DNA from: Lichenicoccus sp.
GTDB taxonomy: Bacteria; Pseudomonadota; Alphaproteobacteria; Acetobacterales; Acetobacteraceae
DNA: 64,000 nt
Assembly (NCBI RefSeq): GCF_965276875.1
Contig: NZ_OZ255701.1
Span: 2,752,440 to 2,816,439, forward strand
Reading direction: 5' to 3'
Shown: positions 28,714-38,149 of the stretch, one piece after another
Layout of the letters: every line of letters starts with the position of its first letter
Position numbering within the stretch: the first letter of the stretch is position 1
Notes under the pieces: model-generated
The model's database searches: none
Told to the model about the DNA's origin: nothing
Seen by the model: only the letters and a program-made list of their open reading frames with translations
Position numbers and translations under genes: made by a program

Positions 28714-30244
28714 TCCGATCTGCGGTGCGCAGCGCGAGTGCGGTGATGGTCAGAGAGGGATTGACGCCTCCCGTCGTCGGGAACACCGAGCCGTCGCAGA
28801 TGAACAGGTTGGGAATATCCCAGCTCCGGCAATCAACGTTGACAACGCTGCTGTCGCGGTCGAAGCCCATCCGAGCGGTGCCGGCGAGATGGTTGGTGTC
28901 GTTCTCTTGTCGAAATAGATCCTGCACGCCCGCCAGCGCCAGGCTGGTCTGCATCTGGTCCATCGCATGATTGATCAAGGCGCGATCATTGTCCGACCAG
29001 CTATAGGTGATCCGCGGGATGCGCAGCCCGTATTGATCGGTCTCGTCGGCGAGGGTCACGCGGTTGTCCAGTGACGGCAGCATCTCGCCCACCATCTTCA
29101 AGCCGACCTGATGATTGTAGTTCGCCATTTGCGCACGCAGCGCCTCGCCCCATACGCCGCGCGAGGCTGTCACCACCGAGGACCACTCCATCGGCAGCGG
29201 GCCTTGTGCCATCCAGCAATAGCCGCCGAAAAAATCCTTGTTGTCGTCGTAGTTCCAGTGCTCGGTGAGGGAGAGCGACGGCGGCCCTTTGTTCCAGCGC
29301 ACCGTCTGCTGCATGGTGCCGTAGACCGCCTGGTTGGACTGAGTCATCAAATAGCGGCCGACGAGACCGGAGCTGTTGGCAATACCATCCGGGAAACGGT
29401 CGGTCGCCGAATTCAGCAGCAGGCGCGGCGTTTCGATGGCGTATCCGGCGACGATGACGAAGCGGGCCTTCTGAAAGTGCCATCGCCCATCGCGAAAGTA
29501 GTGGACACCATTGGCCTTTCCGGCCGCATCGACCTCGATCCGCCCGGCCATCGCGAGGTCGCGAATTTCGGCGCCGGCGCGTAGCGCGCGCGGGATGAAG
29601 GTAGTGAGCTGGCTCTGCTTGGCGTTGGTCGAGCAGCCGACCCGGCAGAAGCCGCGATACACGCATGACGGCGAGTTGCCGCGCGGGGCGGAAACGGTGG
29701 CCAGCGGCGTCGGCGTCCAGGCGTAGCCCATCGCCTCGGCACCGCGTGCCAGGATCTCGGCGGCACCGTTGAGTTCGTGCGCGCGATACGGGTAGCGCGG
29801 CCGCTTGGGTCCCCACGGGTAGCTCAGCGGCCCCGAGATGGCGAGCGCCTGCTCGGCCTTGCGGTAGTAGGTCCACATCTCCCGCCAATCCAGCGGCCAG
29901 TCGGCGCCATAGCCGAGGACCGAACGCGAGCGAAACCATTCGGGCCTGAAGCGCAACGACACCATGGCGAAATGCACGGTGCTGCCACCGACCGCCTTGC
30001 CGGAATTGTTGCCGCCCATCTTGATCGGGTTGGCGCCGTCGACAATCCGCTGGTCGGTCCAGAACAGTTTGGATTGCGAGGCCTCGTCGGAGGCGAAGTC
30101 CTCCAGCGGCCGAAAATAGGCGCCGGCATCCAGGGCGACGACCGAAAATCCGGTCTCGGCGAGGCGGGCTGTGAGCGGACCGCCGCCGGCGCCGGTGCCG
30201 ATGATGACGAAATCGACGGCCTCGTTCTCGGAGAACTCATGCAT
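28682..30244 (-). CDS. GMC-family FAD oxidoreductase (dehydrogenase large subunit)
   Basis: FAD fingerprint DFVIIGTGAGGG lies close to the chosen start MHEF. The C-terminus has the GMC signature (..HLAGTARMG..NLFICDGSVFPT..). Alternative starts are 30325 (GTG) and 30355 (ATG). Confidence 0.9.
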   Translation of the reverse strand: MHEFSENEAVDFVIIGTGAGGGPLTARLAETGFSVVALDAGAYFRPLEDFASDEASQSKLFWTDQRIVDGANPIKMGGNNSGKAVGGSTVHFAMVSLRFRPEWFRSRSVLGYGADWPLDWREMWTYYRKAEQALAISGPLSYPWGPKRPRYPYRAHELNGAAEILARGAEAMGYAWTPTPLATVSAPRGNSPSCVYRGFCRVGCSTNAKQSQLTTFIPRALRAGAEIRDLAMAGRIEVDAAGKANGVHYFRDGRWHFQKARFVIVAGYAIETPRLLLNSATDRFPDGIANSSGLVGRYLMTQSNQAVYGTMQQTVRWNKGPPSLSLTEHWNYDDNKDFFGGYCWMAQGPLPMEWSSVVTASRGVWGEALRAQMANYNHQVGLKMVGEMLPSLDNRVTLADETDQYGLRIPRITYSWSDNDRALINHAMDQMQTSLALAGVQDLFRQENDTNHLAGTARMGFDRDSSVVNVDCRSWDIPNLFICDGSVFPTTGGVNPSLTITALALRTADRIKALADRGEL

Positions 30245-30314
30245 GCCGACCCAGCCGCCCGGCTTGAAGACGTCCGGCGCCCGTCCGCCGGTCGCCCGTG
30301 GCTTGGAATAGATG

Positions 30315-30956
30315 TCAACCGACACGGGCGTTCTCCCGACGTGCGCGCTCTTCATGGCCAGGGGTCGCCTCGGCGGCCTCCCACGGGTCGCGCCGGTCGA
30401 GACGCAGGCGCACATAGCCGCGCGGACTTGCGGGACCGCCATAACCGATTTCGCTCCAGGCGGTCGGGTGCGCGTAATAGGCGCTGACGATGTCGGGGAT
30501 CAGCCGGTTGTTGAAAAACGATGGGCCGGGCATGCCATCGAGGGCGGCGGCTTCAAGCGAGCCTGCTTCGAGCGCCTTGAGCAGCGCATCCTGCGCGTCG
30601 CCGGTGAGCGCATGGAACGGCTGGCCGTGTTGCGCCTGCGCTGCCTCGCGCAATGCCGCCAGCCCGCGTGTCCAGGCGACTCTCTGTTCGGGCAGTTCCG
30701 CGTGACGGTAGCCGTCATGCGCGTCGCTCAGCATCTTGTCGTCGACGTAAGAGGCGAGCGGTACCGGCGGCCGGTCGATGGGTTGCGGCACGATACGCGT
30801 GCACACCGCTTCCAGTGTCTGCCAGGCTTCGACGTCGAAGAAGCGCGGCTCACGTGGGATTGCCAGACGCTTGTCGATGACCCGACGCGTCTCATCGTTC
30901 CAGGATAGTCCGGCACGCTTGGCCAGCACGTCATAGCCTGGATAGTGTTCAGACAT
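30315..30956 (-). CDS. Gluconate 2-dehydrogenase subunit-3-family small subunit
   Basis: Starts at MSEHYPGYDV, overlapping the upstream stop by 8 nt. Its size and its position immediately upstream of the GMC flavoprotein fit the family. No obvious twin-arginine signal. Confidence 0.8.
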   Translation of the reverse strand: MSEHYPGYDVLAKRAGLSWNDETRRVIDKRLAIPREPRFFDVEAWQTLEAVCTRIVPQPIDRPPVPLASYVDDKMLSDAHDGYRHAELPEQRVAWTRGLAALREAAQAQHGQPFHALTGDAQDALLKALEAGSLEAAALDGMPGPSFFNNRLIPDIVSAYYAHPTAWSEIGYGGPASPRGYVRLRLDRRDPWEAAEATPGHEERARRENARVG

Positions 30957-31896
30957 CGGCGACGTCCTCCAGCAGGCGAAGGGCGGCCAGACCGACCAGA
31001 GCCAGGCCGGTGAAGGCAGGCGGTGCCGGAAGTGGCGGTCCATTGAGGACGTTCTGTCGCCAGTTGCGCCATCCGCCCATGTCCCGGCCGACGCCGAGCG
31101 CATGGAATCCCGTGCCGGCCAGCCCGAGGATTGCGGTGGCACGCAACCACCAGCGCGTCAAAGGACGTGGGCGTGGTGACGACACCGACGCCACGGCGGT
31201 CAGCAGGGCGGCCACCGGCGGCATCGTCACCGGCAGCAGCATGAACGGATCATGGAACTGCCCGCGGAAATGCAGCAACCCGGCCTCACCGACAGTGCCA
31301 AAGATGCCGGCACCGGTTACGACGCCGAGCACACGACCGGCTGGCAGACCCAGCACGACGGGCGCGGTGCCGGGCGGCGTATTGCGCACGCGTTCGGACA
31401 GAAAGCCAAGCAGGCCCGAGAGCATTAACGCCGCCGGGGCACCGGGCGGGGCGGAGTAGAACAGGTTCTGCCAGGAGAAGCCGCCTGGCCGTTTTGCGAT
31501 GTTGAACAGGTGAAAACCGGTGCCGACAAGGCCGGTCAGCGCAGTGCCGGCATAGATCACATCGCGGGCAGCGTGCGCGCCCACGCGCGTGTCCGCCAAG
31601 CCATGTGCGCTGACCGCGAGCGAAAAGCTCGACGTCACCAGCGGCGTAAACATCGCGGGATTATGGAACTGTCCGCGATAATGTTCGACTGCGCTGTCAA
31701 ATAGGACGGAGCCGGCGAGGGTCCCGGCGGCGCGGTTCAGACGACGAGCGGTTTGCACCGCGGCAGTACGGGATAGATCCGGCTTTACACTGCGCTTCGC
31801 CAGCCCGCGCGCCGCGAGCAGCAACGCACCCAAGGTGGCGCCACCGAGGCCGGCCAGGACGCCGGCGACGACGCCGTCCGGACGTTTGATATCCAT
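30949..31896 (-). CDS. Integral membrane protein with internal duplication and conserved His motifs
   Basis: About 8 hydrophobic segments. The two halves share EHYRGQFHNP / LHFRGQFHDP and GTGFH / GTGFH motifs, ~137 aa apart. I recognise no family. Confidence 0.75.
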   Translation of the reverse strand: MDIKRPDGVVAGVLAGLGGATLGALLLAARGLAKRSVKPDLSRTAAVQTARRLNRAAGTLAGSVLFDSAVEHYRGQFHNPAMFTPLVTSSFSLAVSAHGLADTRVGAHAARDVIYAGTALTGLVGTGFHLFNIAKRPGGFSWQNLFYSAPPGAPAALMLSGLLGFLSERVRNTPPGTAPVVLGLPAGRVLGVVTGAGIFGTVGEAGLLHFRGQFHDPFMLLPVTMPPVAALLTAVASVSSPRPRPLTRWWLRATAILGLAGTGFHALGVGRDMGGWRNWRQNVLNGPPLPAPPAFTGLALVGLAALRLLEDVADV

Positions 31897-31911
31897 TTCA
31901 GTGCCCCGGGC

Positions 31912-33699
31912 TCAGTGCTTGCCGGGCAGGATGCTGGCCAGCATCTCCTTCGCGCTGCCGCGTATCACGCTGCCGAGTTCCGGCTCGCTGCCCATCATCG
32001 TCAGGAAGTTCTTGGCGTCCTTGACCGTGATGTGCGGCGGCAACGGCGGCACGTTGGGGTCGGTACGGGCTTCGAGGATCACCGGCCGGTCCGCCGACAG
32101 CGCCTCGTCCCAGGCGGCACCCAGTTTTTCCGGATCGTCGACATGGATGCCCTTGAGCCCGATCAGCTCGGCGTAGCGGGCGAACGGGAAGTCCGGAATG
32201 GCCTGGGTGGACTCCGTCTTGCCTTCGCCGAGCTGCACGCGCTCCTCCCAGGTCACCTGGTTGAGGTCGCGATTGTTCAGCACCAGCACGACCAGCTTCG
32301 GGTTGGACCAGGTCTTCCAGTACTTGCCGATGGTGATCATGACGTTGATGCCATTCATCTGCATCGCGCCGTCGCCCATGCAGGCGATCACGGTTCGGTC
32401 CGGGAACGCCATCTTGGCGGCCATCGCGTATGGCGTGCCGGCGCCGAGCGACGCCAGACCACCGGAAAGCGAGGCCTTCATGCCGCGTCGCATCTTCAGG
32501 TCGCGGGCAAACCAGTTCGCCGCCGAGCCGGAATCGGCGGTGATGATCGCATTCTCCGGCAGGCGCGGCGACAGCTCCCAGAACACACGCTGCGGGTTGA
32601 TCGGGGTTGCCGACTGCATTGCCCGATCCTCGAGCGTCTTCCACCAGCTCACCACCTCGCCTTCGATCTTGTGCCGCCAGGAGCGGTCGGCCTTGCGCGT
32701 GAGCAAGGGTGCCAGCGCCCGCAGGGTGGCTGCGGAGTCGCCGATGAGATTGACCTCCATCGGGTAGCGCAGGCTGAGATTGGCACCGTTGATGTCGATC
32801 TGCACACCGCGTGCGCTACCGGGCTTGGGCAGGAACTCGCTATAAGGGAAGGACGAGCCGACCATCAGGAAGGTGTCGCAGCCTTGCATCAGGTCCCAGC
32901 TCGGCTTGGTGCCAAGCAGACCGAGCGAGCCGGTGACATAGCCGAGATCGTCCGGCAACACCGCCTTGCCGAGCAGGGCCTTGGCGACACCGGCGCCCAG
33001 CAACTCAGCAACCTCGATCACCTCGTCGGTCGCGGACAGGCAGCCGGCGCCGACCAGGATTGCAACCTTCTTGCCGGCGTTCAGCACATCCGCCGCCTGC
33101 CGCAGGCCGTCAGCCTCTGGCACCTTGCTCTCGAACGCATAGCCAATGCCGGTATGGGTGGTGCCGTGCTTCAGCGGTGGATCCGCATAGGCCATTTCCT
33201 GGAGGTCATTGGGGATGATCACGCAGGTCGGCGCGCGCTTGGCGTGGGCGATGCGGACAGCGCGGTCGATCAGATGGCGGACTTGGCTCGGCACCATCGC
33301 GGTTGCGACGTATTCGGAGGCCACATCCTTGAACAGGGTCTGCAGATCGACTTCCTGCTGGTAATGCGCGCCGATCGCCGTGCGTGCCTGCTGACCAACG
33401 ATGGCGACAACGCCGACATGGTCGAGTTTGGCGTCATACAGACCATTGAGCAGATGGATCGCGCCCGGCCCAGAAGTCGCATAGCAGAGCCCGACCTGTC
33501 CGGTGAACTTGGCATGCGCTGACGCCATGAACGCGGCCATCTCTTCATGCCGCACCTGTACGTAGTCGAACCCGTCGTTGATCGCTTCTTGCAACGCGAT
33601 ATCGAGGCCGCCGACCCCGTCTCCGGGATAGCCATAAACACGGCTCAGCCCCCATGCACGAAGCCTGTGCCAGACGAACTCACTGACATTCATGCTCAT
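31912..33699 (-). CDS. Thiamine-diphosphate enzyme, pyruvate oxidase/pyruvate:quinone dehydrogenase (PoxB)-like
   Basis: The translation ..GYPGDG..VRHEEMAAFMASAHAKFTG..CYATSGPGAIHLLNGLYDA.. and the TPP-binding ..GDGAMQMNG..NN.. are PoxB/AHAS-superfamily features. Confidence 0.9.
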   Translation of the reverse strand: MSMNVSEFVWHRLRAWGLSRVYGYPGDGVGGLDIALQEAINDGFDYVQVRHEEMAAFMASAHAKFTGQVGLCYATSGPGAIHLLNGLYDAKLDHVGVVAIVGQQARTAIGAHYQQEVDLQTLFKDVASEYVATAMVPSQVRHLIDRAVRIAHAKRAPTCVIIPNDLQEMAYADPPLKHGTTHTGIGYAFESKVPEADGLRQAADVLNAGKKVAILVGAGCLSATDEVIEVAELLGAGVAKALLGKAVLPDDLGYVTGSLGLLGTKPSWDLMQGCDTFLMVGSSFPYSEFLPKPGSARGVQIDINGANLSLRYPMEVNLIGDSAATLRALAPLLTRKADRSWRHKIEGEVVSWWKTLEDRAMQSATPINPQRVFWELSPRLPENAIITADSGSAANWFARDLKMRRGMKASLSGGLASLGAGTPYAMAAKMAFPDRTVIACMGDGAMQMNGINVMITIGKYWKTWSNPKLVVLVLNNRDLNQVTWEERVQLGEGKTESTQAIPDFPFARYAELIGLKGIHVDDPEKLGAAWDEALSADRPVILEARTDPNVPPLPPHITVKDAKNFLTMMGSEPELGSVIRGSAKEMLASILPGKH

Positions 33700-33792
33700 G
33701 GGGTTCGCTCCTCAGTCGCGCCGCGGTAAGTCGTCTACGCGGGACCGCGGCCAACCGTTCCCACGCCAATGTGTTGATGGAGGGGTCACGCC

Positions 33793-34683
33793 ATGCAGGT
33801 TGAAGTCGTGCTTGATGCAGCGGCACGCATTGGCGAATCACCCGTCTGGGTTGCAGAAGAACGCGTCCTTTACTGGATCGACGTCAAGGCGCCCGCCCTA
33901 TATCGGCTCGACCCGGCATCCAAGGCACAGCAAAGCTGGAGGCTTCCTGGCGACATTGGCGCCTATAGCCTGACGACAGATCGTGATGTGGTGATCGTGG
34001 CACTGCGCGACGGGGTCTATCGCCTTACTTTGTCCAGTGGCGCCGTCGCCCTCCTGGCGCACGCGCCATTTGACCCCGTGATGCACCGCTTCAACGAGGG
34101 TGCGGCCGACGCGCGCGGCCGCTTCTGGGTCGGCACGATGTTTGATCCCCCCGAGGACGCGTACGCAAAGCCGCAGCCGGCCGGTCTGTTCCGCTACACC
34201 ACCAAGGGTGGCCTGCAACCGACCGGCAATGTTGCCGAACTGCATAACGGCATGGCCTGGAATCTCGACGAAACCCTGTTCTACCTGGCCCACAGCTATG
34301 CCGGAGTCGTGCATGCCTATCCGTTCGATGCGGCAAGCGGCAGCCTCGGCAGACGCCAGGTTTTTGCGGCCATAGAGAAGCCAGCCGGCATCCCGGATGG
34401 GGCGGCAATCGACTGCGAAGGAGGCTACTGGTGTGCGCTGCATGGCGGCGGCGGTTTGCGACGTTTCCGGGCCGACGGCGTGCTGGAGCGCGAGGTGCGG
34501 CTGCCGGTCAGCCAGCCAACCATGTGCGCCTTTGGCGGCGAGGCGCTGGACATCCTCTATATTACAAGCGCCTCGAAGGGGCTCGATGCCAGCCAACGTG
34601 CGCGCGAACCCCACGCCGGCGCCATTCTGGCGATCCACCCCGGCGTGACCGGCCTGCCTCGGGAGCATCGCTTCACCCTGTAG
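33793..34683 (+). CDS. SMP-30/gluconolactonase/LRE-family lactonase
   Basis: GGAGGGG RBS. The translation ..IGESPVW....LYWIDV.. ..RFNEGAADARGRFWVGTM.. ..NGMAW.. ..PDGAAIDCEGGYW.. fits the family. Confidence 0.9.
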   Translation: MQVEVVLDAAARIGESPVWVAEERVLYWIDVKAPALYRLDPASKAQQSWRLPGDIGAYSLTTDRDVVIVALRDGVYRLTLSSGAVALLAHAPFDPVMHRFNEGAADARGRFWVGTMFDPPEDAYAKPQPAGLFRYTTKGGLQPTGNVAELHNGMAWNLDETLFYLAHSYAGVVHAYPFDAASGSLGRRQVFAAIEKPAGIPDGAAIDCEGGYWCALHGGGGLRRFRADGVLEREVRLPVSQPTMCAFGGEALDILYITSASKGLDASQRAREPHAGAILAIHPGVTGLPREHRFTL

Positions 34684-34687
34684 ACCG

Positions 34688-34710
34688 CCATACGTCGTTT
34701 GACGCATACG
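34688..34710. promoter_or_regulatory. Candidate operator: CCATACGTC 9-mer plus GCATACG repeat upstream of the permease
   Basis: CCATACGTC (34688-34696) is identical to a 9-mer in the formamidase/kinase divergent region. A near-repeat GCATACG lies at 34704-34710. Confidence 0.3.
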
Positions 34711-34771
34711 CGCGCTGAGCCTGACTTCCTAACGTGACGGACGCCTTCATCCAACCGCGAGGAGAGTTGGG

Positions 34772-36427
34772 ATGTCCGACATCGCTGCCGGCGCGCCGAA
34801 ACGGCGTGCGTTCAACAAACTGGTCAATAATCCGGTGCTCGAGGACTACTCGTTGCGCTACGCACCTAAGAGCTTTCGGACCTGGTCGGAATACGCGGTC
34901 GCCACCGCCGCCCTCGGCGGCATCGCCTATATGGCGGACCAGGCGATCGGCGGCTCGCTCGCCGTGCAGTTCGGCTTCACCAACGCCTTCTTCGGCATTC
35001 TCGCCGCCGCGGTGGTGATCTTCCTGACCGGTATTCCGATTGCGATCTACTGCGCGCGCTACAATGTCGACGTCGATCTGCTCACTCGCGGCGCCGGCTT
35101 CGGCTATCTTGGATCGACGCTCACGTCGGTGATCTACGCCTCCTTTACCTTCATCTTTTTTGCGCTCGAAGGGTCGATCATGGCCCAGGCGTTCCTGCTG
35201 TATTTCGGCATACCGCTCTGGGTCGGCTACGCGCTCGGTTCGCTGATCATCATCCCGCTCGTCGTGTTCGGCATGACCTTGCTCGCCAAGCTGCAGGTGT
35301 GGACACAGCCGCTCTGGCTGCTGATGCTGTTTACCCCACCGATCGCGGTCTTCATCGCCGATCCCCATGCCATCTCGCAATGGACGAGTTTTGCCGGTAC
35401 CTCGCCTTCTGGTGCCAACTTCAACTGGCTGCTGTTCGGCAGTGCCGCCGGCATCGCACTGTCCCTGATCGCGCAGATCGGCGAGCAGGCCGACTATCTC
35501 CGCTTCATGCCGGACCAGGTAAAATCCAACCGCACGAAATGGTGGATCGCGGTGCTCTGCGCGGGTCCGGGCTGGGTGATATTGGGCGCTGCCAAGCAAT
35601 TGATGGGATCGCTGTTCGCCTCCGTCGCGGTGGCGCACGGCACGCCACCGGCGCAGGCCAACGAGCCGATCCAGATGTATATCGCAAGCTACCACTACAT
35701 GTTTCCGATGGCGGTAACGCTCGCCGTCGCCACCTTCTTCGTCATTCTGTCGCAGATCAAGATCAACGTCACCAACGCCTATTCCGGCTCGCTGTCCTGG
35801 TCGAACTTCTTCTCGCGCCTGCTGCACGCCCATCCCGGGCGCGTAGTCTGGATCTTTCTCAATGTCGGCATCTCGCTGACCATGATGGAGCTGAACATGT
35901 TCAGCTTCCTCGGCAAGATCCTGGGCTTTTACTCGAACGTTGCAGTTGCCTGGATCGGGGCCGTGACCGCGGACCTCGTCATCATCAAGCCGCTGCTCAA
36001 GCTCGGCCCGCAATATATCGAGTTCAAGCGCGCCCATCTCTACAACTTCAATCCGGTCGGCTTCGGCGCCATGCTGTTCGCCTCCGCGGTCTCGATTGTC
36101 GCGTTCTTCGGCCTGCTCGGTCCGGCAGCACAGGCCTTTTCCGCCTTCATCGCCCTCGGTCTTGCCTTTGTCGCCGCACCGATCATCGCGATCGTAACCA
36201 AGGGCCGCTACTATCTCGCCCGTCCGCCGTTCAACGATGCCTCGGTGAGCCCGACCTTGTCCTGCTCGGCCTGCGGCTTTGATTACGAAAAGCAGGACAT
36301 GACGAACTGCCCGTTCCACCAGGGCACGATCTGCTCGCTGTGCTGTTCGCTCGAATCCTCCTGCGCGGACATGTGCAAGCCAGCCGTTCGCTCCACGGTC
36401 CCGCTGGAGGCGCCCAGCGCTGCGTGA
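34772..36427 (+). CDS. NCS1/APC-like permease (~12 TM) with C-terminal 8-Cys module
   Basis: GAGGAGAG RBS. The hydrophobic profile plus QIKINVTNAYSGSLSWSNFF resemble the purine-cytosine-permease type. The cytoplasmic tail is CSACGFDYEKQDMTNCPFHQGTICSLCCSLESSCADMCKP. Confidence 0.85.
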   Translation: MSDIAAGAPKRRAFNKLVNNPVLEDYSLRYAPKSFRTWSEYAVATAALGGIAYMADQAIGGSLAVQFGFTNAFFGILAAAVVIFLTGIPIAIYCARYNVDVDLLTRGAGFGYLGSTLTSVIYASFTFIFFALEGSIMAQAFLLYFGIPLWVGYALGSLIIIPLVVFGMTLLAKLQVWTQPLWLLMLFTPPIAVFIADPHAISQWTSFAGTSPSGANFNWLLFGSAAGIALSLIAQIGEQADYLRFMPDQVKSNRTKWWIAVLCAGPGWVILGAAKQLMGSLFASVAVAHGTPPAQANEPIQMYIASYHYMFPMAVTLAVATFFVILSQIKINVTNAYSGSLSWSNFFSRLLHAHPGRVVWIFLNVGISLTMMELNMFSFLGKILGFYSNVAVAWIGAVTADLVIIKPLLKLGPQYIEFKRAHLYNFNPVGFGAMLFASAVSIVAFFGLLGPAAQAFSAFIALGLAFVAAPIIAIVTKGRYYLARPPFNDASVSPTLSCSACGFDYEKQDMTNCPFHQGTICSLCCSLESSCADMCKPAVRSTVPLEAPSAA

Positions 36428-36529
36428 GATGGCCGCTGCATGAGATGGCCGCTGCATGAGGTGACGCGGTCGTGCAATTCCCCGGCGGCGGCAAAGCCGG
36501 CCGGGGATCTGCGTCTGAGCATCACGCCA

Positions 36530-36829
36530 TCAATGGCTGATCATCCACGGGCGTGCGCCAGGAAACGACTTGGCTGCGCCCGCTTGACCTTTTGGTTTGC
36601 AGCAACCGCATCCCGGCGCATGCGCACGCAATGGTGCGTGCGCACTGCGCTCGTTGGTCTCGAAAGCGCGGCGTCGGCTACCTGGCATGGCAGCAAACGA
36701 CGGTGCGGCGAGGCTACGCGGTGCCGAACTGCCGCATTCCGGACAGACTGCGGGTTGCGCGAAGTCCGCCATCGCTGCGGCCGCCTCGAACGGACCGCAG
36801 TCGGCGCATAAATAGTGATAGCTCGGCAT
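36530..36829 (-). CDS. fmdB: FmdB-family zinc-ribbon protein
   Basis: MPSYHYLCADCG...VCPECGS is the CxxC..CxxC FmdB signature. It lies 13 nt downstream of the formamidase. Confidence 0.8.
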   Translation of the reverse strand: MPSYHYLCADCGPFEAAAAMADFAQPAVCPECGSSAPRSLAAPSFAAMPGSRRRAFETNERSAHAPLRAHAPGCGCCKPKGQAGAAKSFPGARPWMISH

Positions 36830-36842
36830 CAGAGAGTCTGCA

Positions 36843-38075
36843 TCAAAGGTCTGGCGCCAGCGGCATGTCGATGCTGCCGTCGAGGAAGCGGGTCGGGCCG
36901 TTCGCACCAGGCGAGATGTCGAAGTCGAAGATCTCGGTCGGCAACCAGAGCGTCGCACAGGAATTCGGCACATCCACCACGCCGCTGATATGGCCCTGAA
37001 CCGGCGCCGTGCCGAGGATCGACAGGGCCTGCGCGCCGGAATAGCCGAAGTTCTTTAGGTAGGCGATCGCATTCAGGCAGGCCTGACGGTAGGCGACGTT
37101 GACGTCGAGGTAGTGCTGTGCACCGTGCTCGTCGACTGAGATGCCTTCAAAGATCAGATAGTCCTGATAGCGCGGCGTGACCTTGCTCGGCTTGAAGATC
37201 GGGTTGCGTATGCCGTATTTCGCCATGCCGTCCTTGATCACGCTGTCGACGCGCATGTGTATCCAGCCCGGCATTTCGATGGCGCCGCAGAAGGTGATCT
37301 CACCGTCGCCCTGGCTGAAATGCAGGTCCCCGACCGACAGTCCGGCCCCCTCGACATAGACCGGGAAATACACCCGCGCGCCGCGCGAGAGATCCTTGAT
37401 GTCGCAATTGCCGCCATGCTCGCGCGGCGGCACGGTGCGGGCACCCTCGGCAGCGGCGGCGTCGCGCGCCTCGCCCGACATCCGGCCCATGTGGGCGGTT
37501 GGCCCGAACGGCGGGTTGGCGAGACCCGGCACCCGGTCCGGATTGGTTGCGATCAGGCCGCGTTCGCGCGTGTTCCAGGTCTCCAGCAGCGGCTTGCTGG
37601 GCAGGCAGCCAATCAACCCGGGATGGATCAGTCCGGCGAACTCGACACAGGGGACATGGCGTGACCGGGTGAACATCCCGTTGATGTCCCAGATCGATTT
37701 CTGCGCCTGCGGAAAATGCTCGGTCAGGAAGCCGCCGCCGTTCTTCTTGGAAAAGAAGCCGTTGAAGCCCCAGGAGTTATGCGAGAACGCGCCAATATCG
37801 AGGAAGTCGACGACCAGCAGATCGCCGGGGCTGGCCCCCGCGACCCGGATCGGGCCACTGAGGAAATGCACGATCGACAGATCGATGTCGCGCACGTCCG
37901 AGGCGTCGTCGTTGTTCTTGATGAAGCCACCGGTCCAGTCGTAGCACTCGACGATGAAGTCATCGCCCGGCTTGACGGTCGCGACCATCGGGATGTCGGG
38001 GTGCCAGCGGTTATGCACCTTGTCGTTCTCGTAGGCCGACTGGCCGAGATCGACCTTGATCAGCGTCTCCGGCAT
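36843..38075 (-). CDS. fmdA: Formamidase (acetamidase/formamidase family)
   Basis: Starts MPETLIKVDL...NRWHPDIPMV. About 410 aa and collinear with FmdA-type formamidases (..HFLSGPI.V.GA.PGDLL.., ..GGNCDIKDL.., ..VGDLHFSQGDGEI..). Confidence 0.95.
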   Translation of the reverse strand: MPETLIKVDLGQSAYENDKVHNRWHPDIPMVATVKPGDDFIVECYDWTGGFIKNNDDASDVRDIDLSIVHFLSGPIRVAGASPGDLLVVDFLDIGAFSHNSWGFNGFFSKKNGGGFLTEHFPQAQKSIWDINGMFTRSRHVPCVEFAGLIHPGLIGCLPSKPLLETWNTRERGLIATNPDRVPGLANPPFGPTAHMGRMSGEARDAAAAEGARTVPPREHGGNCDIKDLSRGARVYFPVYVEGAGLSVGDLHFSQGDGEITFCGAIEMPGWIHMRVDSVIKDGMAKYGIRNPIFKPSKVTPRYQDYLIFEGISVDEHGAQHYLDVNVAYRQACLNAIAYLKNFGYSGAQALSILGTAPVQGHISGVVDVPNSCATLWLPTEIFDFDISPGANGPTRFLDGSIDMPLAPDL

Positions 38076-38127
38076 TTGCCCGCACCCCCCAAAAGAGGCC
38101 GATGACACATCCGTGGGGGCGCCACAT

Positions 38128-38149
38128 CCATACGTCATTCACCGTATGG
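38128..38149. promoter_or_regulatory. Candidate operator: inverted repeat CCATACG-N8-CGTATGG in the formamidase/kinase divergent region
   Basis: A perfect 7-bp inverted repeat. Its left arm, extended to CCATACGTC, equals the 9-mer upstream of the permease at 34688. Confidence 0.3.
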
